A program made the position numbers and the translations under genes. Below the pieces are notes generated by a model. It was not told where the DNA came from, did not search any database, and saw only the letters and a list, made by a program, of their open reading frames with translations. From NCBI GenBank assembly GCA_007128855.1, contig SKWQ01000002.1, positions 4,325 through 68,324 on the forward strand: a stretch of DNA of 64,000 bases. Reading direction: 5' to 3'. This DNA comes from Balneolales bacterium. Its GTDB lineage: Bacteria; Bacteroidota; Rhodothermia; Balneolales; Natronogracilivirgulaceae. This document shows, in pieces, positions 19,308-28,956 of the stretch. Position 1 is the stretch's first letter; each line of letters opens with the position of its first letter.

Positions 19308-21224
19308 TCACGAGAACATGGCGCGGATATCATCCACCGTCAGCGAGCGGACAGTCCGCTTGCCGATGGGGTCCCGGAAGGGTTCGTCACAGGCGAACAG
19401 CTGATCTACCAGCGCTTCCATCTCCTCTTCAGTAAGCCTTTTCCCCCTGGGTATGGCGGCCTTGTTTGCAATGGCAAGGGCAATCCGCTCTTTTTCATCC
19501 AGTGACAGAGAGCGGGACATCATCTTGTACTGCTCCATGATGGATTCCAATACGTGCTGTTCGTTGTCCAGACGGATGTCAGACGGCACCCCCAGGATCA
19601 TGGCCGAGTTTCCGCTGAGCAGTTGGACGTTGAACCCCATCCTGGTGATGACCGGATGGAGTTCCTTCAACAAACTGAAATCACTGGCGGAAAAATTGAT
19701 GGTTTTCGGAAACAGCAACTGCTGAGTACTGGGCAAACCGCTTTCGGCCTCAGTAAGCACCTTTTCGTAGATAATTCGTTTGTGTGCGGCATGTTGATCC
19801 ATAATCAGCATGCCGTTCCTGGTTTGGGATATAATGTACTGGTTATGAATCTGGCTGAACCTGTTTTCGTGCAGCCCCAATCCCCGTCTCTTTGTATCCA
19901 GAGAGTCCTTTTCCGAAAACAAAGCTCGCTCTCCGTAATCCGTACTTACACGTTGTCCACTATTGCGGGGTGTCACGGAACCCTCACCTGCCTCCTCTGT
20001 TCCGCGTGTGCCGGTGGTGTTACCGAAATCCGCATAAAGCCGGGGTGACATATCGGCAGGTATGTCGCCGCGTGTATTTTGGTATTCTCCATAAGATAAT
20101 GCACGTTTTTTTGATCCAGGCGATTCACTGTCCTCGAAAAACCGACGCAAACGCTCATGTCGGGCCATATCCGCCGGAGGGGCATCACTGCGGGAGGGGT
20201 CCCAGACCGGCACGCGCATATGGTGATTCAGAGCTTTTTTTACGACCGACCTTGTGAATGTGGAAATCATGCGTTCATCCTCAAACTTGATTTCCTGTTT
20301 AGTCGGGTGGACATTCACATCCACGCTTTCAGGATCAACTTCATAAAACAAAGCAAAGAAGGGATATTCGTTTTGCTGGAGCCAGTCCCGATAGATTTCC
20401 TGGATAACGTAGTTCAGGTGACGGTGGAAGAAAGGGCGCCTGTTGATAAACAGGAACTGCTCCCCTCTTGTTTTTTTTGCAAGCTGGGGGTCCGAGAGCA
20501 AACCCCGGATATTGACCATGCTGGTTGATTCCGCGAGGGGGATGAGACTGGCCCTGTAGGATTTTCCAAACAGTTCAGCCACACGCGATTCCATCTCGGC
20601 GGGTGCAAGCCGGTATACGATTTCCCCGTCAGCATCAAGGTCAAATCCGATTTCCGGCCATGCCAGGGCCGCCTGGTGAAATGCAAGCAGGATGTGGCGG
20701 AATTCCGTGGCATCGGTTTTCAGGAAGGCCCGGCGGGCCGGCACATTATAAAACAGGTTACGGACGCTCACACTGGTACCGTTATCCGAGGCGGCCGGCC
20801 TGAGTCCGATCTCCTCCCCTCCCCTTATTTCGTACTCCACTCCGGCCTCGTCCTCGACCCGCTTGGTCGTAACGGAGACCTGGGCAACGGATGCGATGGA
20901 TGCCATGGCTTCTCCTCGGAACCCAAGGGTGCGAATGTTCTGCAGGTCGTCAACAGAACTCAGCTTGGAAGTGGCATGGCGAAGGAAACAGAGTGCAAGG
21001 TCCTGTTCCGACATTCCACAGCCATTGTCCCGTACCTGGATGAGGGTCCGGCCCGCGTTTTGCAGCACTACGGAGATGTGATCGGCACCGGCATCGATGG
21101 CATTGTCCAACAGCTCCTTGACGACGGATGCCGGTCGCTGGACGACCTCTCCCGCTGCAATTTTGTTCGAGACCTCCGGTGGCAGTAGTTTGATTAAAGA
21201 GGGGTGATCGCCTGATGTTGCCAA
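19308..21224 (-). CDS. mutL: DNA mismatch repair protein MutL
   Basis: GHKL ATPase N-terminus 'LPPEVSNKIAAGEVVQRPASVVKELLDNAIDAGA' and 'GFRGEALASI'-type motif ('GFRGEAMASIA'). C-terminal dimerisation domain. Confidence 0.95.
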   Translation of the reverse strand: MATSGDHPSLIKLLPPEVSNKIAAGEVVQRPASVVKELLDNAIDAGADHISVVLQNAGRTLIQVRDNGCGMSEQDLALCFLRHATSKLSSVDDLQNIRTLGFRGEAMASIASVAQVSVTTKRVEDEAGVEYEIRGGEEIGLRPAASDNGTSVSVRNLFYNVPARRAFLKTDATEFRHILLAFHQAALAWPEIGFDLDADGEIVYRLAPAEMESRVAELFGKSYRASLIPLAESTSMVNIRGLLSDPQLAKKTRGEQFLFINRRPFFHRHLNYVIQEIYRDWLQQNEYPFFALFYEVDPESVDVNVHPTKQEIKFEDERMISTFTRSVVKKALNHHMRVPVWDPSRSDAPPADMARHERLRRFFEDSESPGSKKRALSYGEYQNTRGDIPADMSPRLYADFGNTTGTRGTEEAGEGSVTPRNSGQRVSTDYGERALFSEKDSLDTKRRGLGLHENRFSQIHNQYIISQTRNGMLIMDQHAAHKRIIYEKVLTEAESGLPSTQQLLFPKTINFSASDFSLLKELHPVITRMGFNVQLLSGNSAMILGVPSDIRLDNEQHVLESIMEQYKMMSRSLSLDEKERIALAIANKAAIPRGKRLTEEEMEALVDQLFACDEPFRDPIGKRTVRSLTVDDIRAMFS

Positions 21225-21267
21225 AATGTGTTCCAGCTTCTAACGGTTAAATGACATGATACCCGGC

Positions 21268-21453
21268 TCAGGTGATGATCCACAATATGAGGAACAGCAG
21301 CAGTGCATAGAGCAGGATGGATCCACCGGTCCCACGCCGTGTCAGCCTGCGGAACTTGATACGCTCGGGGCGCAGGGGGTTCGGTTTGTAGTACCGTGGC
21401 TCGTAGTTGAAGCGTTTGTGCTGGGGCCTTCTGCCCATCAGTGGTGATAGCAT
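21268..21453 (-). CDS. Small hypothetical protein with basic N-terminus and one C-terminal TM helix (61 aa)
   Basis: ORF immediately upstream of and co-directional with mutL. 'ILLYALLLFLILWII' is a TM segment. Confidence 0.3.
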   Translation of the reverse strand: MLSPLMGRRPQHKRFNYEPRYYKPNPLRPERIKFRRLTRRGTGGSILLYALLLFLILWIIT

Positions 21454-21811
21454 GATCTGACTGGAACGTTCTTTACAATATTAGACAATGGCAACACGCA
21501 AGGTTTTTCCTTCCTCTCGGTGACCGGATAATAGTTATGTGTTGATCACACGGACTTTATCCAGCAGGTACCAATGAGAAAACGGCCAACCCACAAGGGT
21601 TATTCCCCGCAATTTCGGTCCGGGACACGAATCCGATTGCAGACCCATCCGGACACTGCAATATACTAATTATCAACGGGAACGGGAATCATATAGCCTG
21701 CCTATTTTGTTTTCTATGAAATCGACATCGTTGCCAGCACTTTGGCATGAGTTTCTTATCTTGGCTGTTAAATGAAAACAGAAACAGGATCCTTCACAAT
21801 CAGAATGCATT

Positions 21812-23059
21812 ATGAATTTCGAGAAAATTGTAGCGCCAAATGACGGAAAACAAGTAACGTTAGATAAAAATGGGGGGCTTTCCGTGCCCGATCAACCCAT
21901 CATACCCTATATTGAAGGTGACGGCATCGGGGTGGACATCTCGCCGGTGATGAAAAAGGTGGTGGACCATGCTGTCGGGAAGGCATACCAGGGAAAAAAG
22001 AAGATTTCCTGGATGGAGATCTATGCCGGTGAAAAGTCCGTCTCCTTTTACGGAGACAATACATGGCTTCCAGAAGACACCCTTAATGCGATCAAGGAGT
22101 TTCGTGTTGCGATCAAGGGTCCGCTCACTACCCCGGTCGGCGGAGGTATCCGCAGCCTGAACGTCGCACTTCGCCAGTTGCTGGACCTGTACGCTTGTGT
22201 ACGTCCCGTCCGCTACTACAATGGCACCCCCAGCCCTGTAAAGCAGCCTGAGCTTACTGACATGGTCATTTTCCGGGAGAACACGGAGGATATTTACGCA
22301 GGTATCGAGTATCAGGCCGGGACACCGGAAGCCGACAAGGTCAAGAAATTCCTCATCGAGGAGATGAAGGCAACCAACATCCGTTTCCCGGAAACGTCAT
22401 CCATCGGGATCAAACCGGTCTCCGAGGAGGGCAGCAAGCGACTTATCCGTTCGGCAATCGAGTATGCAATCGAACACGGACGGAAGAGCGTTACCCTGGT
22501 CCACAAGGGCAATATCATGAAGTTCACCGAAGGCAGCTTTAAAAACTGGGGCTACGAGCTGGCAAAGGAAGAGTTTGGGGCCAGGGAAATCGACGGCGGG
22601 CCCTGGTGTGAGCTTCCTGATGGAATGGTGATCAAGGATGTGATTGCCGATGCCTTCCTTCAGCAGATACTCACGCGACCGGCAGAGTACGACGTTATCG
22701 CAACGTTGAATCTCAATGGTGACTATATATCGGATGCCCTTGCCGCCTGTGTGGGTGGTATCGGAATCGCACCGGGAGCCAACATCAACTACCAGAGCGG
22801 TTTTGCACTCTTTGAGGCCACTCACGGTACGGCACCCAAATATGCTGGGAAAGACATGGTGAACCCGGGTTCCCTGATTCTGTCAGCGGTTATGATGCTG
22901 GATCACCTGGGATGGTCAGAAGCAGCCCGCCTTATTGAAAAAGGGATGGAAACGGCCATCAGCAGCAAGGAGGTCACGTACGATTTTGAGCGGCAGATGG
23001 AGGGAGCCACCCTGCTGAAGACGTCGGAGTTCGGGGACAAGATCATTTCATACATGTAG
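21812..23059 (+). CDS. icd: NADP-dependent isocitrate dehydrogenase (homodimeric type)
   Basis: 415 aa. '[10 protein letters not shown]', '[20 protein letters not shown]', '[13 protein letters not shown]' and '[12 protein letters not shown]' are classical Icd motifs. Confidence 0.95.
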   Translation: MNFEKIVAPNDGKQVTLDKNGGLSVPDQPIIPYIEGDGIGVDISPVMKKVVDHAVGKAYQGKKKISWMEIYAGEKSVSFYGDNTWLPEDTLNAIKEFRVAIKGPLTTPVGGGIRSLNVALRQLLDLYACVRPVRYYNGTPSPVKQPELTDMVIFRENTEDIYAGIEYQAGTPEADKVKKFLIEEMKATNIRFPETSSIGIKPVSEEGSKRLIRSAIEYAIEHGRKSVTLVHKGNIMKFTEGSFKNWGYELAKEEFGAREIDGGPWCELPDGMVIKDVIADAFLQQILTRPAEYDVIATLNLNGDYISDALAACVGGIGIAPGANINYQSGFALFEATHGTAPKYAGKDMVNPGSLILSAVMMLDHLGWSEAARLIEKGMETAISSKEVTYDFERQMEGATLLKTSEFGDKIISYM

Positions 23060-23196
23060 GCCCGTTGATGCTCCCAACGATGTGCATCGTATCACGGATT
23101 CCCTGGTTCCATGCGTGCGGGTAACGTCCTGGTGACCACTGCTGGATATTGGGATGTGCCCGCAAGTGTCACCGCGGGCGCTGGGGCAATGCCATG

Positions 23197-23751
23197 TCAT
23201 TGTCCCATAGCTTCGCGTATGCCTTGTGAGACTGCCACTCTGTTATAAACCTGCCTTACATAGCAGCGGACCTGCTCGTTATCCCGGTGCCAGTGTACCG
23301 ATTCGGTGTGGACCTGCAGCCCGGGTACATCTTCTTCACCCATGATGAGGGCACGTATCAATCTGTCTCTCTGCCGGTTTGCCTCATCGGTCCGGGCAAC
23401 CTCTGACATCACCTCCTGCCCGTCCTCTTCCAGATACAGCAAAATTATTTCGGTGACCGCCCTGTTTTTCAATTCCAAAATTGCCAACCCGGCTATGCTG
23501 CGAGCATCGGCAGAGTCGGCGGCAACGGCGGCAGCAGTTATCACGAGAGAGTCTTCTGTAATCTGCACCGGCTCCATCGGATCATACCATGCAGGGAGTC
23601 CGGTAATTTCTTCTTCAGATTCTTCCGGGACAGGTAGTTCCTCAACAGCAACGTCCTCTTCATCGGCAGGTATTTCCCGCAAATGTCCGCATGAATGGAG
23701 CAGGAGAGTGCTCAGAACGAATAGAAAGACAGTTGTTATTTTTATTGGCAT
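23197..23751 (-). CDS. Hypothetical lipoprotein with acidic linker
   Basis: The Met at 23751 gives signal peptide plus lipobox 'LLLHSC', followed by an acidic stretch 'EEDVAVEELPVPEESEEE'. The ORF is open to 23820. Confidence 0.5.
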   Translation of the reverse strand: MPIKITTVFLFVLSTLLLHSCGHLREIPADEEDVAVEELPVPEESEEEITGLPAWYDPMEPVQITEDSLVITAAAVAADSADARSIAGLAILELKNRAVTEIILLYLEEDGQEVMSEVARTDEANRQRDRLIRALIMGEEDVPGLQVHTESVHWHRDNEQVRCYVRQVYNRVAVSQGIREAMGQ

Positions 23752-23835
23752 CAGTACATGATTTATGTATGATATATTTACCATATGCTTGCTTACTGCT
23801 TCTGGATTGGCCACAGCCACCGGGAGTATTACATG

Positions 23836-25365
23836 CTATTCAGCCGGCATGACCAGTGTAAGGGACTGATTGCTGCGACGGATACTGAGTGAGGGCTCTC
23901 CTTTCCCCAATGCTGTGCCCCAGGCATCGGTAAACTCTTTGAGGGATGGGATCGCTGACCCATTGATGTGTGTGATGACATCCTCTTCCCTCAAGCCGGC
24001 TTCATGGGAGACGCTTCCCGGATCAACCCGGACAACCACCAGTTCATTTCGCGAAAGATCCTCGAGCACAGCCAGTTCCGCAAGAGTAAACCCTCCGTCA
24101 AATGTTTGCTGCGGGACTCCGGATTCGGGTTCACTTTCGAACTCAAGGGGTTGCCTTGATGGTGGTGCGGCGCTTGCCCATTCCCGGATGGCTTCATCAT
24201 CAAGTCCCATGAGCGGAAACCGGAGTTCGGATTCCGCGTTGTCCCGCCAGACGCTGAGTGTGACCTCTTCGCCCGGACGCATCATCGCGATCCGTTCCTG
24301 AAGGCGGTTTGCGGCATCCACGGGGTAGCCGTTCACGGTCAGTATAACATCGCCCCTTTTGAGCCCGCCCATGTCAGCGCTGCCACTCGGTACCAGATTC
24401 CGCACCTCCACCCCGCTTACGTGGGTGAGTCCATGTCTCCTCGCCTGGTCATAATCCACAGAGGCGATCTCCACGCCCAGGAAGGCACGCTGTACGGAGC
24501 CGAATTCGATGATATCCTGCCCTATTTTCATTGCCATGTTGACCGGAACGGCGAATCCGTAACCCTGGTAGGTTCCGCTTTCGGAGGCAATGGCGGTATT
24601 GATGCCGATCAGCTCACCCTTGGTGTTCACCAGTGCCCCACCGCTGTTGCCCCGGTTGATGGCGGCATCGGTCTGGATGAAGCTTTCTATGCGCATGCGG
24701 TCGGTGATGATATCCACATCCCTGCCGATGGCGCTGACAATACCTGCTGTGACGGTCGACCGCAGCCGGAACGGGTTACCCACGGCCATGACCCAGTCAC
24801 CGATCCGGACCTGGTCGGAATTGCCGATGACGACAGGATGAGCGCCGGGGGTGTCGATCTTGATCACAGCGAGGTCGGTTGACGGATCGCTGCCCACAAC
24901 CTTTGCCTTGTACTGTTTCCGGTTGTGTGTCGTCACCTGTATCCGGTTGTCCGCACCCTCGATCACATGGTGATTGGTCAGTATGTATCCATCCTGTGAT
25001 ATGAGTACGCCAGAGCCGATGCTTTGGGCCCTTCTCCTCGGCAGGAAACGGTCCCAGAGCTGGTTTTCAAAGCGATGGTTTTCATCGTCCGGCACGGCTT
25101 GCTGCATGGCGATTTCCGTTTCGATGTAGACAACAGCCGGGATCACTTTTTCCGCGATATCGCCGAACAGCGAAGCAGGTCCGGAAAAAACCGGCAACTG
25201 TTCCGAATCAGACGAGCCGCGCAGCACTTCTGTGTATCGGACCTGGACCCTTTCGGGAGGGAGCCAGTTCCCGCGCATGATCATGAGGAGCGCCCCCAGC
25301 AGCATGCCGGTGAGCAGGATCAGGATGCCCGTAAGCAGTTTTTGGTGGAGTGGCATGCCCATCAT
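23836..25365 (-). CDS. HtrA/DegQ-family periplasmic serine endoprotease with two PDZ domains
   Basis: N-terminal TM anchor. Triad contexts 'TNHHVI', 'DLAVIKI' and 'GNSGGALV'. Two PDZ-like regions. The start overlaps the recO stop. Confidence 0.9.
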   Translation of the reverse strand: MMGMPLHQKLLTGILILLTGMLLGALLMIMRGNWLPPERVQVRYTEVLRGSSDSEQLPVFSGPASLFGDIAEKVIPAVVYIETEIAMQQAVPDDENHRFENQLWDRFLPRRRAQSIGSGVLISQDGYILTNHHVIEGADNRIQVTTHNRKQYKAKVVGSDPSTDLAVIKIDTPGAHPVVIGNSDQVRIGDWVMAVGNPFRLRSTVTAGIVSAIGRDVDIITDRMRIESFIQTDAAINRGNSGGALVNTKGELIGINTAIASESGTYQGYGFAVPVNMAMKIGQDIIEFGSVQRAFLGVEIASVDYDQARRHGLTHVSGVEVRNLVPSGSADMGGLKRGDVILTVNGYPVDAANRLQERIAMMRPGEEVTLSVWRDNAESELRFPLMGLDDEAIREWASAAPPSRQPLEFESEPESGVPQQTFDGGFTLAELAVLEDLSRNELVVVRVDPGSVSHEAGLREEDVITHINGSAIPSLKEFTDAWGTALGKGEPSLSIRRSNQSLTLVMPAE

Positions 25366-26180
25366 AGGATTTGTTCAAAAATGGCGTCTGACCTTCTTCC
25401 TCTGATGCCCTCAAGATGGAACTGAAGATAGGCATCCAGATGATGGATCAGATGTTTTATGTCCGAAACCGGAAAATCGGCTTTCAGCAGCAAGGAGTTC
25501 TTGCCGTCAGCAATATAACGCAGATATTTGCTCTGAGATTTTGTCAATCCAAAACAAAGGCCACTGTCGGCTTTTTCGGTAATGCTTCCGCTTTCCACGT
25601 TCAGGTAACACGTGAACTCGTTTTGAGGTTCATTTACCATATGCCCGGTATGGCTCCGGGCCGAAGTTTCTTCCGGCCCGGTTGCATTTTCTGGAAGGTA
25701 CAGCGTGATGCCGATACCTGCTATGTGGGCAAGCCGGAACTGGATATAGGGAAAAAGGAATCGGGGATTGGATTCGGTCTCGTGAAGCCATGCCAGGAAA
25801 CCTGTCAGAAAAGCGGACATGTCCGGCATGGGTTCATACTCATGGCTCATCTGTTCGCAGAGTTCCAGTGTAACCATGCCGATTGCCATTTTCTCCATGT
25901 TTTGGTGGATGCGCCACGTCGCCATTTTTTGCGTCACATCGCTCAGGTTCTGAACATCCCGCGTCGATTTGAAATAATAGGACACATCCAGGATGGCTCC
26001 CGGCTGCAGGAGTCCGCCAAATTTATTCTTGTTCCTTCGGGCTCCCCGGGCCATGACGGCCATTTTTCCATGCATTTCACTCAGCAGCGTCACGATCAGA
26101 CTGCTCTCACTGAAAGGGATGGTTTTCAGTACGATGGCGGAGGTATCGGTGATCATAGCGGTGTGGCGGATGTCAGTCAA
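25362..26180 (-). CDS. recO: DNA repair/recombination mediator RecO
   Basis: 272 aa. The N-terminal OB-fold signature 'AIVLKTIPFSESSLIVTLLSEMHGKMAVMARGARR' is typical of RecO. Confidence 0.8.
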   Translation of the reverse strand: MTDIRHTAMITDTSAIVLKTIPFSESSLIVTLLSEMHGKMAVMARGARRNKNKFGGLLQPGAILDVSYYFKSTRDVQNLSDVTQKMATWRIHQNMEKMAIGMVTLELCEQMSHEYEPMPDMSAFLTGFLAWLHETESNPRFLFPYIQFRLAHIAGIGITLYLPENATGPEETSARSHTGHMVNEPQNEFTCYLNVESGSITEKADSGLCFGLTKSQSKYLRYIADGKNSLLLKADFPVSDIKHLIHHLDAYLQFHLEGIRGRRSDAIFEQIL

Positions 26181-26198
26181 TCAAACAAACGGCCGGGA

Positions 26199-28712
26199 TC
26201 AGAACCGGATCCAGCCCTTGTTTTCCAGCAACTGAACCAGGGATGGCAGATAGGTCAGGGCCGAGAAAAGGGTCAGGCCAATGCCGACCACGGCCAGGAT
26301 ACCAATGGAAGTCAATCCGGGATGATTGGTCAGCAAAAGCCCGGCAAAACCCAGCATGGTTGTAAACGACCCGATGGTGATGTGCTGGCCAGTGCTTTTC
26401 AAAACCGCCGACATGCTTTTCTTTCCCTCCTCGCGGTAGCGGCTGGCCAGGTGTACTCCGTTGTCGTTGCCGATACCAAGGATTGCCGGCAGCACTACGA
26501 GATTGTACATGTTGAAAGAAAGCCCCATCAGCATCATGGCCCCGAAGGTCCAGCTCAGTCCAATCAGCAGTGGAAGCATCGCTATGACCGTCCATCGGAA
26601 CGAACGGAATCCGATGTAGACAAGAATAAATATCATAACAAGTGTTGCTGCTACCATATAAGGGCTCTCATCTCTCATAAGTTCGAGCATTTCGGCAGCC
26701 ACAATGGAAGTGCTTGCAGCATAATAGGTGCTTCCGTCGCTGGTCTGGATCACGCCTATCTCGTTTTTGAAGGCAATCGAATTCCGCCCGTCAGAAAGAC
26801 CTATGGCCGGATAGACCATGACAAAGCGTCCGACCTCGCCATCGCGTGTGAGAAATCTGTTTTTCAGGAACTCCGGCACATCATCCACATGGAGCGGTTC
26901 GGTTACCGCCGAAGCCCTTCTGAGGATGTCTATGTATTCCCCCTCGATATCTTCCATGAAGGGATCACTGATCAATTCACGGATTTCGGCGATTTTTGCC
27001 AGTTTGACATCTTCTTCCGCCTGGTTGACGGGAAAGCGCTCTTGGAGGGCCTCAACGGCCAGGATGGTCGTTTCCGGGTTGTTTTCCTTTTTGTCGCGGA
27101 TGGTCTGCAGTATCAGCCGCACTTCTTCGTCGGTTTCCGCAAGGATGTAGGCGGGATTCCGGCGCCCGGTCGCCTGGTCAATATTCCCCCTCAGTTCACG
27201 GTATTCCTCATATTTTGGAAACTCTGGTTCCAATTTACCGAAATTGTACTCAAAATAGAGTTTATCGGTGTTGAAAAGCACTACGGCAACGATAAACGTT
27301 CCTGCGATGAAAATGGTCCTGGCAAGCGGAAAGGGTTTGGCTTCCCCTGATTTCACATGGGTGTGAAACAGGTTCTTGTTGATGAGGATGAGCCGGTACC
27401 GTTCGAAGATGACGATGATGGCTGGCAGGATGAAGAGCATGGACAGGTAGGCCAGTACGATGCCGGTACCCGAAATGAACCCGAATTCCGAAAAGCCCCT
27501 GAAATCTGCGATCACCAGAACAAAAAGAGCTACGGCTGTCGTAGTGGCACTGGTCATGATGGCCGCACCGGTGCTGTCGTAGGTATGCAGCAGCGCGTTC
27601 CGCACGTTATCACCTGCCGAGCGTTTCTCCAGGTATCGCGCATAGAAGTGGATCCCGTAATCAATTCCGAGTCCGAAGAGGATCACGAACAGCACCGAAG
27701 TCATGGTGTTGAGCGTTCCGAAGACAAAATAGGTGATGGCAAAGGTGATGCTCAGGCTGATGAGCAGCGGAATGCCGATGACCAGAATGGGAACCGGGAA
27801 CCGGATCAGGTGGTCGAACAGGGTGTGCCTGCGATGCCGGCGGTGTCCGCGGCGGTAGTTGATGATCAGTTTGACCAGGAAGTAGATGCCCACAAGGAGT
27901 ATCACGCCGGTGATACCTGAGCCGAAGCTGGTGATCACATCCCGGATGATGGAATCCAGCTCCATAAGATGCCTTTCAAGCCGTCCGCCGGCAACCGCAA
28001 CCATTTCCGGATGGAAGGTAGCAGGTTCCATCTCCGCAATCAGATCTTCAAAAGCATGGAACAGGCTTCGGATGTATGTGAGGTCACTCTGCGATCCCGT
28101 GGGAAAAAAACTGAGGACGAGGCTGGAGCTGTCCTGGTTGACGGGATATTCGGAAGGAATGAGTTCATTGTACATCTCCTCAAACTCCCTCAGCCGCTCC
28201 TCTTCATCATCCTCTTCGTCGTCGAAATCATCCTCAAAATCGATGAAGAACGGGTTGGCCTCAAGCCGCGCGCGCTCCAGGCGGTCTTCCAGGAAGTCGA
28301 TCACCTGGTCAATCTCGTCTTCCGTTGAAAGATAAAGGGCATAGTCCCTGAGCACTTCCACATCCCGGCGGTACTCGTAACGATTCACATAAAAGTCATC
28401 GAGCCGGTTGTTGTACAATTCCATCGCCCGTGGAATGAGTGCCTCTGCAAACGCCTTGTTTGCGTCAAAATCCGGGGAATTGATGGTCACTTCCAGCGGG
28501 GTCTCCCCTCCTACGGAATCACGGAGCCGCTCCAGGGCCTGCACGCTTTCATAGTGATCCGGCAGCAGGCTTGCCAGGTCGGTGTCGATCGCAAGTCGCG
28601 TGGCATAGAACCCCGCAGCAACTGCCAGTGACAATGCTATGAAAAGCACAGCAAAGGGGTAGCGGTAGTTGATAAGAATGAGAGGCCTTAGCAGGGCGAG
28701 TAATGTCCTCAT
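26199..28712 (-). CDS. MMPL / RND-superfamily transporter (HpnN-like lipid exporter type)
   Basis: 837 aa. Two 6-TM bundles, each preceded by a large periplasmic loop. 'FGLGIDYGIHFYARY' and 'LGIGNDNGVHLASRY' are the duplicated MMPL/SSD-like motifs. Confidence 0.85.
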   Translation of the reverse strand: MRTLLALLRPLILINYRYPFAVLFIALSLAVAAGFYATRLAIDTDLASLLPDHYESVQALERLRDSVGGETPLEVTINSPDFDANKAFAEALIPRAMELYNNRLDDFYVNRYEYRRDVEVLRDYALYLSTEDEIDQVIDFLEDRLERARLEANPFFIDFEDDFDDEEDDEEERLREFEEMYNELIPSEYPVNQDSSSLVLSFFPTGSQSDLTYIRSLFHAFEDLIAEMEPATFHPEMVAVAGGRLERHLMELDSIIRDVITSFGSGITGVILLVGIYFLVKLIINYRRGHRRHRRHTLFDHLIRFPVPILVIGIPLLISLSITFAITYFVFGTLNTMTSVLFVILFGLGIDYGIHFYARYLEKRSAGDNVRNALLHTYDSTGAAIMTSATTTAVALFVLVIADFRGFSEFGFISGTGIVLAYLSMLFILPAIIVIFERYRLILINKNLFHTHVKSGEAKPFPLARTIFIAGTFIVAVVLFNTDKLYFEYNFGKLEPEFPKYEEYRELRGNIDQATGRRNPAYILAETDEEVRLILQTIRDKKENNPETTILAVEALQERFPVNQAEEDVKLAKIAEIRELISDPFMEDIEGEYIDILRRASAVTEPLHVDDVPEFLKNRFLTRDGEVGRFVMVYPAIGLSDGRNSIAFKNEIGVIQTSDGSTYYAASTSIVAAEMLELMRDESPYMVAATLVMIFILVYIGFRSFRWTVIAMLPLLIGLSWTFGAMMLMGLSFNMYNLVVLPAILGIGNDNGVHLASRYREEGKKSMSAVLKSTGQHITIGSFTTMLGFAGLLLTNHPGLTSIGILAVVGIGLTLFSALTYLPSLVQLLENKGWIRF

Positions 28713-28956
28713 GCAAAAAAGTGTTATTCCGTTATAATCGCTATTGAAGTTACAAAAAAAAGTTGAAACTTAGGCTGGCGGCCAATGTTTATCACCGTTA
28801 ATATGGACACTGGTAAAGCTTTTTTAGCTGGCGCGCCTGCGGGTAGTAATACAGGGCGCAGACAGACGTTCCATATGTTGGCTGCAGTCGCATCGAATTG
28901 CAAAGCTGTGCCTTAGGAAAGACACCGTACGACTGCCGGTCATTATCCAAAAGAAC

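Noticed and set aside
23158-23179. The hairpin GCCCGC-N10-GCGGGC between the convergent icd and lipoprotein genes as a terminator.
   Set aside because: It has only a 6-bp stem, a 10-nt loop, and no U-tract on either strand. That is too weak to call.
25416-27350. A 644-aa + strand ORF spanning recO and the 3' part of the MMPL gene.
   Set aside because: It is antisense to two genes with clear family motifs. Its translation is compositionally odd (rich in Gly/His/Gln/Arg, no motifs) and it crosses the recO/MMPL boundary. This is a typical shadow ORF caused by codon bias on the sense strand.
28190-28250. A GAA/GAT-rich low-complexity DNA stretch.
   Set aside because: It encodes an acidic periplasmic-loop segment of the MMPL protein ('DFEDDFDDEEDDEEE'), in frame. 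It is not a non-coding repeat.
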